In this document: positions 30,351-40,563 of the stretch, piece by piece
Position numbering within the stretch: position 1 is the first letter of the stretch
Layout of the letters: each line of letters starts with the position of its first letter
NCBI GenBank assembly: GCA_965206655.1
Contig: CBDBKC010000032.1
Location: forward strand, 192,563 to 256,562
From: Bryobacterales bacterium
GTDB taxonomy: Bacteria > Acidobacteriota > Terriglobia > Bryobacterales > UBA6623
Length of the DNA stretch: 64,000 nt
Direction of reading: 5' to 3'
Made by a program: the position numbers and the translations under genes
Notes under the pieces: generated by a model
Seen by the model: the letters and a program-made list of their open reading frames with translations, nothing else
The model's database searches: none
Told to the model about the DNA's origin: nothing

Positions 30351-31471
30351 GCGCCGGCATCCACAAGCTCACCATGCCGAAGTGGGGCCTCTCGATGACA
30401 GAGGGCAAGGTCGTCGCGTGGCTCGCTGACGAAGGGACAGAGGTCGATGCGGGCGCCGAAGTAGTCGAGATCGAGACGGAGAAAGTATCAAGTGCCCTAG
30501 AGGCCCCGCAATCGGGGGTGTTGTGGCGGGCAGCCGCGGTAGGGCAGTCGGTCCCCGTCGCGGGCCTCGTTGGAGTGATCGCGGAAGCCTCGGTTCCTCG
30601 CTCCGAAGTGGATGTGTTTGTTGCGGCGTTCCAGGAAACCTTCGTTCCCGAAGCGGTTGAAGAGGAAGCCGGCGGTCCCGCGCCCGAGACACTCGAAGCA
30701 AACGGCAAGACGTTACGATACCTGCGGCGCGGCGAAGGCGGCGAGCCCGCCATTCTGATCCACGGCTTTGGCGGCGACCTCAATAACTGGCTATTCAATC
30801 ACGAGGCATTGGCTGCCAACCGTAGCGTCTATGCGATCGACCTGCCCGGACACGGAGCTTCCTCGAAGGCCATCGAGAGCGGGCAGCTCGCCGAGTTCAC
30901 CGAGACGCTTGTCGCATTCATGGACGCGATCCGTGCGCCGAAGGCACACCTGGTGGGCCACTCGATGGGTGGCGCCGTCGCCCTGGACCTGGCCCTTACC
31001 CATCCTCACCGGGCTCTGTCACTCGTCCTATTGGCGCCGGCCGGACTAGGGCCGGAGATCGACAACGGCTACATCGAAGGTTTCATCACCGCAAACCGGC
31101 GCAAGGATATAAAGCCGCACATCGAGAAGCTGTTCGCCGATCCATCGGCGGTCAGCCGGCAACTTATCGACGACATCCTCAAGTACAAGCGTATCGACGG
31201 CGTCCCCTCGGCCCTACGGACCATCGCTGACGCCCTCTTCCCTCAAGGCGGTCAGGCTGTGGAGTTGCGCGACCGCCTGGCTGAGCTCTCTATTCCCACG
31301 ACGATCCTGTGGGGCGACGACGACAGCATTCTCCCCGTCTCCCATGCCCAAGATCTTCCGGAAAATGTCGAGGTACAGATCGTGCAGGGTAAAGGCCACA
31401 TGGTACAGATGGAGGCCCCAGCCGAAGTCAATCGGTCAATCGTCTCGTGCTGGAACCGATCTTCCGCCTAG
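30347..31471 (+). CDS. acoC: Acetoin dehydrogenase E2 component (lipoyl domain plus alpha/beta hydrolase fold)
   Basis: MPKWGLSMTEG, lipoyl-Lys EIETEKV, HGFGGDLNNW, GHSMGG, GHMVQME. Confidence 0.9.
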   Translation: MSAGIHKLTMPKWGLSMTEGKVVAWLADEGTEVDAGAEVVEIETEKVSSALEAPQSGVLWRAAAVGQSVPVAGLVGVIAEASVPRSEVDVFVAAFQETFVPEAVEEEAGGPAPETLEANGKTLRYLRRGEGGEPAILIHGFGGDLNNWLFNHEALAANRSVYAIDLPGHGASSKAIESGQLAEFTETLVAFMDAIRAPKAHLVGHSMGGAVALDLALTHPHRALSLVLLAPAGLGPEIDNGYIEGFITANRRKDIKPHIEKLFADPSAVSRQLIDDILKYKRIDGVPSALRTIADALFPQGGQAVELRDRLAELSIPTTILWGDDDSILPVSHAQDLPENVEVQIVQGKGHMVQMEAPAEVNRSIVSCWNRSSA

Positions 31472-31483
31472 CGAGCCACCCCT

Positions 31484-31958
31484 CCACAAGCCGAGCCGCG
31501 CGCGACAGCAAGCGGTGCAAGCTCCCACCTCACAAAGGAATCCCGCCCCAAAGCCGCCAAAGTCCCACAACCAAACTCAGAGCCGCAGCCGTGAGGCTGC
31601 GTTGACCAACCCTATAGGAACGCCATCCACCCCACCCAACACCGCAGCCATTCCATAGCAGCTGGGCCGGTTCAACGGGCCTTGGTTTCAGCTAGGCCAG
31701 GCGTTCTACGCCTGGTACAAGGCCCCACAAATGAATCAGGCCCCTTCAGGGGCCTTACCTAAACGTCGGCTCGAGCCACAAACCGACAACTCAGTCAGCG
31801 ACCTAAACCCCGTCGACCCGTCCACTCAACCACAAACCGAGCCGCGACCAAAGGAAGCGGTGCAGGCTCCCATCCCAAAAAGGAATCCCCCCCCAAGCCG
31901 CCAAGTCCCACAACCAAACTCAGAGCCGCGGGCGTCAGCCTGCGATGACCAACCCCAC
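31484..31958. repeat. Two diverged direct repeats of about 130 bp containing REP-like GAGCCGC hairpin units
   Basis: 31484-31613 and 31830-31958 align (CCACAA.CCGAGCCGCG..AGCGGTGCA.GCTCCCA..AAAGGAATCCC..GTCCCACAACCAAACTCAGAGCCGC..TGACCAACCC); extra hairpins lie between them. Confidence 0.75.
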
Positions 31959-32013
31959 GGCCGAAGGCGGCTTTTGGCGCGGGGTGGTTGGGACGGGTTT
32001 GGACCGTTCCGTT

Positions 32014-32124
32014 AGGGGCTGTCAAAAAACTGGGGACAGTCCACGGCGCGCCGCTTGTGAGCGCTGCGAGCAAAGGATTTGCGCGGGCGGCGCTTGGTAC
32101 AGTCCCCGTTTTTTCACAGCCCCT
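32014..32124. mobile_element. 111-bp MITE-like element
   Basis: Terminal IR AGGGGCTGTCAAAAAACTGGGGACAGT versus AGGGGCTGTGAAAAAACGGGGACTGT; no coding capacity; no convincing TSD. Confidence 0.55.
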
Positions 32125-32529
32125 CGCGGTCATGGCTCCGAGCTGCATGTGTGCAACCTTTTGCAACGATTTGCAACGTTTACGGGACCTTTTCTTGCCG
32201 CGAAAGCCGATCAGGGTTCTCGGTTCTGTTATAACCCACGAGTGACACGCCGGCGGAGTGGTAAAGATGGAAGTTGTTGATTCTTAGGGGGATTTAGTTC
32301 ACAAGTTGGTGTGGGTCTGAGAGGTCTGAGCGTCTGAGAGGGACAGAGTGGAGTGCGTTCGAGTTTGGTGTCCTCGGCCTTGCGGACCACCACACCTATC
32401 CCGCCCTCGCCGAGGGCTTCGCGGTGATGCGGTAACGCGAAATGGTTTCGCCGATCAATCCGGTCCGATTCTACCGCGATTGAGAAAGCTATTGGTAAGG
32501 CAAGCGACGGCTCAAGCGTCTCTTCCCTT

Positions 32530-34858
32530 TACAGCGCCAACTCCACCACTGTCACCGACGAAGCCGGCAAGAAACGCAAAACCGTCACCGACGCCCTCGG
32601 ACAGCTCATTCAGGTCTTCGAAGATCCCGACACCGCCAACCACCTCACCAGCTACGAATACGACCCCTTAGGCAACCTAACCGAGGTCAACCAGGGTGTC
32701 CAAACGCGCACCTTCACCTACAACTCGCTCAGCCGCCCCCTCACCGCCATCAATCCCGAGCAAGTCGGAGCCACCACCTTCGAGTACGACGACAACGGCA
32801 ACTTGCTCCGCAAGGTCGACCCGCGTGGCGTCGCCACCTGCTTCGCCTCCGGAACATGCTCCGCCGGCGGCGCGCTCGGCGGGTCCTCCTACGACGCTCT
32901 CAACCGCGCCGGCCGCAAAGCTTATTCCGCCGGCTCCTCCGAGGTGAACCTTTGCTACGACGGCAAGCATTGGAATTCCTCGACATCGGTCTGCGAAACG
33001 CCCGCAACCGCCGTCGCCAACCCCATCGGACGTCTCACCTCCACCAGCTCACTGCGCAGCCAACGCGACGTCATTGACTTCGATGCCCAAGGCCGCATCC
33101 TCGAGGACCGCCAAACCACGATCGTCGACGACTCCCCTTGGACCGCCAAGGCCTACGGCATCCAGTACACCTACAACCCCGACGGCAGCCTCAAGACGCA
33201 GACCAACCCCTCCGGTCGCCTGCTCAGCTTTAGCTACGACAAAGCCGCCCGTGTAAGCAGTGCCGACGGCACCTACCAAACCGCGCCCACGAACTACGCA
33301 ACAGGCTTCACCTACGCTCCCCACGGCGCCCTCTCCCAACTCACCCTCGGCAACGGACTCCTCGAATCCACCAACTTCAACAACCGGCTCCAGCCCACGC
33401 AGATCCAGGCCGGCAGCCTCCTCACGCTCGACTTTCAATACAACCCCGCCGGCCAGTCGCAAAAGAACAACGGCAACATCCACGAACAGAAGATCACCGC
33501 CACCGGCCTGCCCGGCGGCTTTCTCACCCAGACCTACACCTACGACGCCCTCAACCGTCTTGGGTCGATCACCGAGGGATCCTGGTCGCGCAACTTCGGC
33601 TTCGACCGCTACGGCAATCGCTGGATCAGCGGCACCACCGGACACGCCTTGCACTCGTCCACCCCTACCGCCTCCACCGACTTTGCCGCCGCCACAAACC
33701 GCCTGCTCAAAAACGCCGCCACCTTTGACAACGCCGGCAACCTGCTCAGCGAGACGTTTCTCGGCGATATGGCCTACGACGCCGACAACCACCAAACCAC
33801 CTTCACCGACCCCGTCACCTCCGCCGTCACCACGTACACCTACGACGGCGCCGCCAACCGTGTCCGCAAGATCACACCCGCCGCAACCACCGTCTACGTC
33901 TACAACGCCTTCGGCAAGCTCGCCGCCGAGTACGCCAGCGCCGCCCCCTCGGGACCCACCGGCACGCAATACCGCACCACCGACCATCTAGGCTCGACCC
34001 GTCTCGTCACCAATGCGACCCAGGGCGTCATCTCGCGCCGCGACTTCTTCCCGTTCGGCGAAGAGATCCCCGGTAGCTCCACCTTCGAGCGCGACCAAGT
34101 CGCCGGCTACAACCAGCCCAGCGGCTACCGCCAGCAGTTCACCGGCCAAGAGCGGGATGGCGAGAGCGAGTTCGACTATTTCCTGGCGCGCTACTACTCG
34201 GGGCCGCTGTGTAGGTTCACTAGTGTGGATTCCTTCAACGTGGTTGACATTGCGGGTGGGGACCGGCAGGAGTTCGACACTTACATCTCCGATGCTCAGC
34301 ATTGGAATCGCTACGCCTACGTGCTGAACAACCCGCTACGGTATATCGATCCGCTTGGCCTGTTAGAATATGAGACTAAACTTCTCGGACGTGCGATTAA
34401 TGTTCACGTTGACGACAATTTGTCACAACAAAGACAGAGCCAACTTAAAGGTCGCCTGGACGCATCGATCACGAATATTAATAACAACCAGGGCAAGTTG
34501 AGCAACCAGGAGAACAAGGTTCTGGGTAACCTGAACAGCATCGATGTAGATGCATCTGCGAAGCGGGCCTATGTGATCGAAGAAACAGGAGGATTCACTC
34601 TAACGCCGGATTTTGTGGATCAATCGAGCGATGAATATCTGGGTTCCGCTATAGGACACGACGCATTCCACGTAGAACTTTTTCAAGGAGGGCGGGACTG
34701 CAAAGAGCCGTGGTGTTGATGCCGAGAAGAAATCATTTCAGTTTCAACTTGATTTTGGCCTTAAGATCGGCCTAGCCCCGTACGAAGCTGATTACCTACA
34801 GGAGTTACTTAAAGACCCCGAAAAGCTGAAGGAGTACTACGAGTCACCGATAGAATAG
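32530..34858 (+). pseudogene. Orphan RHS/YD-repeat core with C-terminal toxin domain; 5'-truncated, with a probable +1 frameshift in the toxin tip
   Basis: YD repeats in frame from about 32530 (VTDEAGK..TDALG..YDPLGNL); RHS end FTGQERDGESEFDYFLARYY..NNPLRYIDPLGL; no N-terminal RHS region or start/RBS; removing one G at 34690-34692 extends the frame to TAG 34856-34858. Confidence 0.85.
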
Positions 34859-35048
34859 ATTCGACTGGAGCAAGTCATGAGTCAACGAGGAACAGAGCGA
34901 GCAGCTAGACTAATTCCATGGGCTCTATGGGTCTTATTTAGTGTCTGCGCGCTAGCCCAGGGAAGTACAGATGGACACAGACGAGACGAAGCTACGCTGC
35001 AGTTGTCGGTGTCGTGTACCAAAACCTCGTTCACCGAAAATGAGCCGG

Positions 35049-36083
35049 GGTGGGGTATCCACTTGACTCAGGTGACCCCAACATCTTGTGTTTGGGGTTC
35101 AGAACGGCTCGGCGTCCCAGTGGGCGATGATCGAGCGATACGGCGTCGGCTCCACAGCGACCGCTTGCTGAACCAGCCTGTAGAACAGCTTGCCCCGGCT
35201 ACGTGAGCTGCGCCGGTTGAACCGGAAGACGAATTCGTCCAGATAGTAGTCCAAATGCTCGTGGCTGACCGCCCCTTGATGCGTACCCAGCAACCAGCGC
35301 TTGAGCAGCGAGATCGCTTTGTGCACCAGCGGAAGCAATTCCGACGCCTGCTCGCGGCGACCCTTGAGGAAGACGATGTGGTGCCGATAGCCCTTCTTCT
35401 CGAGTGGCTCGTAGCCCAGCCAGCCATCGGTGCGAACCACGCTGCCTGGCTCGATCGACTCCTCCACGAAGGGCATCAAGCTGGCCGCCGAGGCGTTGCG
35501 CAGGCGCTGCATACGGATCCGCCCCAGCCCGCTGCCTCTCTCCTCCGCGGCTACTGCAATCAATCCTTTACGCTCGATCTGGCGGCCGCGAACGCCCTCC
35601 TCCTCCGCGCCCCAGTAGGTCTCATCCACCTCGACGACGCCCGTCAAACGCTCGCGCCCCGGCCGCACCATCGCCCGCCGCAGCTTGTGCATCCAAGCCC
35701 AGGCGGTTTGGTAGCTGCCCAGTCCCAGAACGCGTTGCAAACCCAAGGCGCTGACTCCGTTCTTCTGCGAGACGACGTGCCACATTGCTCGGAACCAAAG
35801 CCGCAACGGCTTGCGTGTGTCCTGAAAGATCGTACCGGCCGTGACGGACGTTTGGCGACCGCAGGCAGCACATTCGAACCATACTTTGCGCACCGGCCAA
35901 GCTCGCTCAAGCCCACAGTTGGGGCAACGGAACCCGTCCCGCCAGCGCAGCGCGACCAGATAGTCCGCGACAGGCCTCTTCGGTGGCGAAGCGCGCCTCG
36001 AACTCGAGCAGATCGCGCGGGTAATCCTCCACGAGGCCGCATACTACATCTTGGGGTCACCTGAGTCAAGTGGATACCCCACC
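35049..36083 (-). mobile_element. IS1595-family insertion sequence (1035 bp)
   Basis: Perfect 33-bp terminal IR GGTGGGGTATCCACTTGACTCAGGTGACCCCAA; 8-bp TSD TGAGCCGG at 35041-35048 and 36084-36091. Confidence 0.95.
35099..36032 (-). pseudogene. IS1595 (ISXO2-like DDE) transposase with a +1 frameshift near 35968
   Basis: N-terminal EDYPRDLLEFEARFATEEAC, zinc ribbon CPNC..CAAC, VVEVDETY, VRTDGW, YLDEFVFRFNRR; the N-terminal part is one base out of frame. Confidence 0.85.
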
Positions 36084-36437
36084 TGAGCCGGTAGTGCTTG
36101 ACGTGAAGTTGATAAACAACAGCGCTCAAAACTTGTCCATCTTCGGTCAGCTCCTTTGGGGGCATGCGGGTGGTCTTACGCTCCATGTGATAAACGGAAA
36201 TGGCGAGACGGTGTCTTCCAAACAACTCGATCACGATATACTAGTCCCCTCCTTACTTGGGAAACCATCTGCCTATGTCATTCTGTACCCAGGCCATTTT
36301 CTCGGTGTCAGGCGGGAGGACACAGTAGAGAATTTGTTCCGACGACCTGGCGAGTATTCAGTTGTGGCGAAGTATCAAAGCCCTGTCCCCACGACCTTGT
36401 TGCATGGATCATCCCGAAGGATGTCTTATCATTGGTT

Positions 36438-37046
36438 CACTACTGTCCGGTTAGAAGTCGAATAGAATCAGCTGGTTGGGGTGATCGAGTAAGTTTTCAT
36501 GGGAGTCTGATGGCTGCAAGGCCTGTAAAATGGGCGTTTTCTCAAATAGGGTAACGCTGAGAATCTGTAGGATTTGGTAGAGACTCGCCTCCAGGCCCAA
36601 CCTCTTCCGCACGATCGCCACCAGCACGTACACCGAGACGGCGATCCAAATCTGGGTCTTCACGGCATTCTCGCTGGCGCCGTAGAACTTCTTGATCCGC
36701 AAGTGCTGCTTGACCCACTTGAAGAACAGCTCCACCTGCCAGCGCGAACGGTAGATCTCGGCGATGGTCAGTGCCGGGAGCGCGAAGTTGTTGGTCAGGA
36801 ACTTCAGCCGCTTGTTCGTCGCGGCGTCGACGTAGCTGACGCGCCTCAACGGGTCCGGATAGACTTTGGCCGATTCGATGGCAGTCAGTATGACGGTCTG
36901 ATCCGAGCGCACGCCCGTAGATTTGTCGACGGGATGCGAGTAGCGCCGTTGGAGCAAGATGTTCTTCTTGGTTCGCACGACGAAGAACGACGAGCAGAGG
37001 GTGAACACGAAGAGGCGTTCGAAATCCACGTAGGCCCGATCCATAA
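36438..37046 (-). mobile_element. Truncated IS4-family element (3' half only)
   Basis: Nearly identical to 59801-60409; ends abruptly at the IS21 left end. Confidence 0.92.
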
Positions 37047-37171
37047 TGAGAACGGCGGAGCCAAAATAGACCACAGAGCGGCGATTCTAAGCCGCGTGAG
37101 GGCGGCGCAAAATTAGACCGCCCAGGTGGTCCGCGTAGCATCCCCGAGGTGTTTTGTGGAACACCGGAGGG

Positions 37172-38671
37172 ATGTATCAAGTGGAGCTATACGCTCAAGT
37201 ACGGCGGAGTGTCATCGTTGAGGGGCTGAGTGAACGCGAGGCCGTCAAACGGTTCGGTTTGGCGCGGGAGACGGTGCGCAAGATGCTGCGCTACAAGGCG
37301 CCGCCGGGCTATCGGCGGCGTCAACCGGTGAAGCGGCCGAAGCTGGATTCGTTCACAGGAATCATTGATCAGATACTGCTTGACGATCAGCAGCAGCCGA
37401 GGAAACAGCGTCACACGGCACAGCGCATCTTCGACCGCTTGCGCGACGAGTACGACTTCACGGGCGGTTACACAATCATCAAGGACTACGTTCGCGAGAA
37501 GAAGCTGGGCGGTCAAGAGATGTTTGTGCCGCTGGCACATCCTCCTGGCGATGCGCAAGCTGACTTCGGTGAAGCACTGGTTGTCATTGACGGAGTGCAG
37601 CGTAAGGCCCACTTCTTGGTGGTCGATCTACCGCACAGCGATGACGCCTTTGTAAAAGCCTTTCCCGCCGAGACGACGGAAGCCTTTTGCGAAGGACACA
37701 ACGCCGCGTTTCGCTACTTTGGCGGTGTGCCGCGCAGCATTGTCTACGACAACACGAAGTTGGCGGTAGCAAGGATTCTCGGCGACGGTACGCGCAAACG
37801 CACACGAGCGTTCAGTGAGTTGCAGTCGCACTACTTGTTCGCTGATCGTTTCGGCCGGCCAGGCAAGGGTAACGACAAAGGCAAGGTGGAAGGCTTGGTG
37901 GGCTATGGGCGGCGCAACTTCATGGTGCCGATCCCCCGGTTCTCAAGTTGGGAAGCCTTCAACGAACACCTCGAAGCCAAGTGCCGCAAGAACCGTGAGC
38001 GGCGCTTGCGGCGACACACCGAAACGATCGGAGAACGCTTTGAGCGCGACGCGAAAGCGTTGCTGCCATTGCCGTCCGCGCCCTACGATGCCTGCGACAA
38101 ACGTACGACCCGGGTGACGTCGTTGTCGCTGGTGCGCTATCGGACCAACGACTACTCGGTGCCGACGCGCTACGGCCATCGCCAGGTGTTGCTCAAAGCC
38201 TATGTGGACGAAGTAGTGATCTGTTGCGGCAGCGAAGAGATCGCACGCCACCGGCGCAGTTACGAACGCGAAGAGTTGATCTTCGATCCCGTCCATTATC
38301 TGGCGTTGCTGGAGCGCAAGACGAATGCGCTCGATCAAGCCGCGCCGTTGGTGGGTTGGGATCTACCGCCCGAGTTTCCGCGATTACGACGCCTGCTCGA
38401 AGTCCGCTTGGGCAAAGCGGGCAAGCGCGAGTACGTGCAGGTGTTGCGTCTGCTGGAGGACTTTCGGCTGGAGCATGTTGCGGCGGCGGTGCGCCAAGCC
38501 TGCGAACTGGGAACGATCGGCTTCGACGCCGTCAAGCATCTGTTGCTGTGCGCGATCGAACAACGTCCGCCACGGCTGGACTTAACGAAGTATCCTCACC
38601 TGCCGACGGCTCAAGTCGAGCAGACTTCGGCAGCGTCCTATCTCGCGCTCTTGGGGCAAGGAGCGGGCTGA
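37172..38671 (+). CDS. istA: IS21 transposase
   Basis: PGDAQADFGE, VYDNTK, GNDKGKVEGLVG. Confidence 0.95.
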   Translation: MYQVELYAQVRRSVIVEGLSEREAVKRFGLARETVRKMLRYKAPPGYRRRQPVKRPKLDSFTGIIDQILLDDQQQPRKQRHTAQRIFDRLRDEYDFTGGYTIIKDYVREKKLGGQEMFVPLAHPPGDAQADFGEALVVIDGVQRKAHFLVVDLPHSDDAFVKAFPAETTEAFCEGHNAAFRYFGGVPRSIVYDNTKLAVARILGDGTRKRTRAFSELQSHYLFADRFGRPGKGNDKGKVEGLVGYGRRNFMVPIPRFSSWEAFNEHLEAKCRKNRERRLRRHTETIGERFERDAKALLPLPSAPYDACDKRTTRVTSLSLVRYRTNDYSVPTRYGHRQVLLKAYVDEVVICCGSEEIARHRRSYEREELIFDPVHYLALLERKTNALDQAAPLVGWDLPPEFPRLRRLLEVRLGKAGKREYVQVLRLLEDFRLEHVAAAVRQACELGTIGFDAVKHLLLCAIEQRPPRLDLTKYPHLPTAQVEQTSAASYLALLGQGAG

Positions 38672-39432
38672 TGGCGAAGTCGAATCTCTTACTGGAAGCC
38701 CATCTGAAAGCGTTGCGGCTGCCGACTTTCCTGCGCGAGTACGACAAAGTGGCGCGGCAATGCGCCGCCGAGGGCTTGGACTGTAGGAGCTTCCTGAAGC
38801 AACTCTGCGAGTTGGAACTGCTCGACCGAGATCAGCGGGCGACTGAACGTCGCATCAAAGCAGCCAAGTTTCCCGTGACGAAAAGTCTCGACACATTCGA
38901 CTTCCTAGCGTTGCCTTCGTTAAACAAGAAGCTCGTGCTGGAGCTGGCGCGCTGTGAGTTCATCGACCGTCGCGAGAACGTCTTGGCTCTGGGCAACTCC
39001 GGCACCGGCAAGACGCATCTCGCCCTGGCGCTAGGCCTGGCCGCTTGTCAGAGCGGTTATCGAACACGCTTCACCACGGCTGCGGCACTGGTCAATGAAC
39101 TGCTCGAAGCCCGCGACGAGCGACGGCTGCTGCGCTTCCAAAAACAACTTGCCAAGCAGGATCTGCTGATCGTCGATGAACTGGGCTATGTGCCGCTGTC
39201 GAAGACCGGCGCTGAGCTGCTGTTCGAGATCTTCTCGCAACGCTATGAACAAGGCTCCACGATGCTGACCTCAAACTTGCCGTTCACCGAGTGGACAGAG
39301 GTGCTCGGGTCCGAGCGCATGACCGGCGCTCTGCTCGATCGCCTCACCCACCACGTTCACATCCTGGAGATGAACGGCGAAAGCTTCCGCCTCAAACAGA
39401 GTCAAAAGAAACGGTCTCGCTCTTCCGACTGA
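38671..39432 (+). CDS. istB: IS21 helper ATPase
   Basis: TGATG overlap with istA; GNSGTGKT, LLIVDELGY, ALLDRLTHH. Confidence 0.95.
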   Translation: MAKSNLLLEAHLKALRLPTFLREYDKVARQCAAEGLDCRSFLKQLCELELLDRDQRATERRIKAAKFPVTKSLDTFDFLALPSLNKKLVLELARCEFIDRRENVLALGNSGTGKTHLALALGLAACQSGYRTRFTTAAALVNELLEARDERRLLRFQKQLAKQDLLIVDELGYVPLSKTGAELLFEIFSQRYEQGSTMLTSNLPFTEWTEVLGSERMTGALLDRLTHHVHILEMNGESFRLKQSQKKRSRSSD

Positions 39433-39602
39433 CCCGCCCGCCGCTCGCGCCGGTTTTCGTGGGCCGCCTTCCACTACGCCTGGGTCGCCCTAAAGGGCGC
39501 CCTCAGGCTCCGTTCCAGCCGTCCCACGAAAACCGCTACCACTCCCCCAACTGGTCTAGTTTTACTCCGCCGAAGTGGTCTAATTTCTCTCCGCCCTTGA
39601 CA

Positions 39603-40305
39603 CACGCGTAAGGGGCGGGTGCAGAACGACCAGGCGGGAAGCGGGCCTTCCGACGACACGCGGTACAAATATCTGGGTCAACTCGCTACAGAACTGCTTA
39701 ATCTCCACCGCGAGAACCTCGATACCGGGCATCTGCCCGTTGAGGAACTCCACAACCCGCTCCAGAGGATCAGGTATATCGTCCGCTACAAACAGCAGAC
39801 GGAGACGCCTCGCGGCAAGGTTCGTGGACACGTCCCGCCAGAAGCGATCCGCATCCGCTTCTCCGTCTGCCTGTAGCAGGGTTGCCAGCTCGTGGCTGGG
39901 ATCGAGTCCCCTTTCGTTGGTTGACTTCTCGAACGTCCGGCGTAGCTCGTCCGCCGTCCAGGTCTGGGCGGCGTGCGCCGCATACTCCAACATCTGCCCA
40001 ACAATGGTGCGGCGGATCTCGGGGTTCGAGCCTCGCTTTACTTCAGTCAGCGTCGGCACCGCGTCCTGGTCAATAATCAGATGGTCAATCGCCCAACGAG
40101 CGGCCGCGTCAGAAGTTTCGGCGATTCCCTTCTCGCGGCTGATGAGGATCCAGCGCCGCGGGTCGCCCGGTCGGATCTGCTCGCCGTCCAGCAACTCCGG
40201 GTGCTCGGCAATCAGTGCCTGGAGTTCGTCCTCGGTCGAGAATGGCTTTTCCTCCAGCGGCTCAAGCCTTCCCCGTTCCGCTCTGGTGTATATGCGCTCG
40301 GCCAT
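39603..40305 (-). pseudogene. PD-(D/E)XK nuclease-like (NucS/DUF91-like) protein, 3'-truncated by IS21
   Basis: EDELQALIAEHPELL, IDHLIIDQDAVPTLTEVKR, GQMLEYAA; the frame runs into the IS21 right end. Confidence 0.6.
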
Positions 40306-40319
40306 AGCACGCCTCTTAC

Positions 40320-40523
40320 TTAGTATCCGGTTGGCATTATCAAGTTAACAACGTGAAGGCGGTAGCCGATGAGGCACCCCTGGGGACGGCGTCGAGAGGT
40401 TCTCAGGGGCGGTTTCCCGGTTTCTCGATGCTCCTGGATTGGCGTGAAAGGCTTGTGTTCGGGCTTGATGATGGCCGAAAGGATCTCGACTATCGGCTGT
40501 AGGCCTTTCTCATCCTTCGCCAT
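40320..40523 (-). pseudogene. Possible N-terminal remnant of a plasmid RepA
   Basis: Strong RBS (GGGAGGG); lies directly downstream of the par pair; MAKDEKGLQPIVEILSAIIKPEHKPFTPIQE then loses protein-like character. The identity is inferred from position. Confidence 0.3.
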
Positions 40524-40563
40524 GAACCCTCCCCTGTTACGCTAATTCGCTAACATTAGCGAA

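Larger units (their letters stand above)
34877..36437 (+). pseudogene. Putative secreted immunity protein, split by IS1595 and truncated by IS4
   Basis: RBS GGAG plus ATG 18 nt after the toxin stop; signal peptide (..VCALA); removing the IS1595 and one TSD gives TENEP|VVLDVKLIN in frame. Confidence 0.72.
37047..39602 (+). mobile_element. IS21-family element (2556 bp)
   Basis: TG...CA ends; IRs TGAGAACGGCGGAGCCAAAATAGACCAC and TGTCAAGGGCGGAGAGAAATTAGACCAC (22/28); flanks not duplicated. Confidence 0.92.

Noticed and set aside
32315-32340. GTCTGAG repeated three times
   Set aside because: Irregular 8-9-bp spacing and very short; no supportable function.
31484-32345. CRISPR array or tRNA at the island's left edge
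   Set aside because: Only two long diverged units, no constant repeat-spacer period, no cas genes and no cloverleaf.
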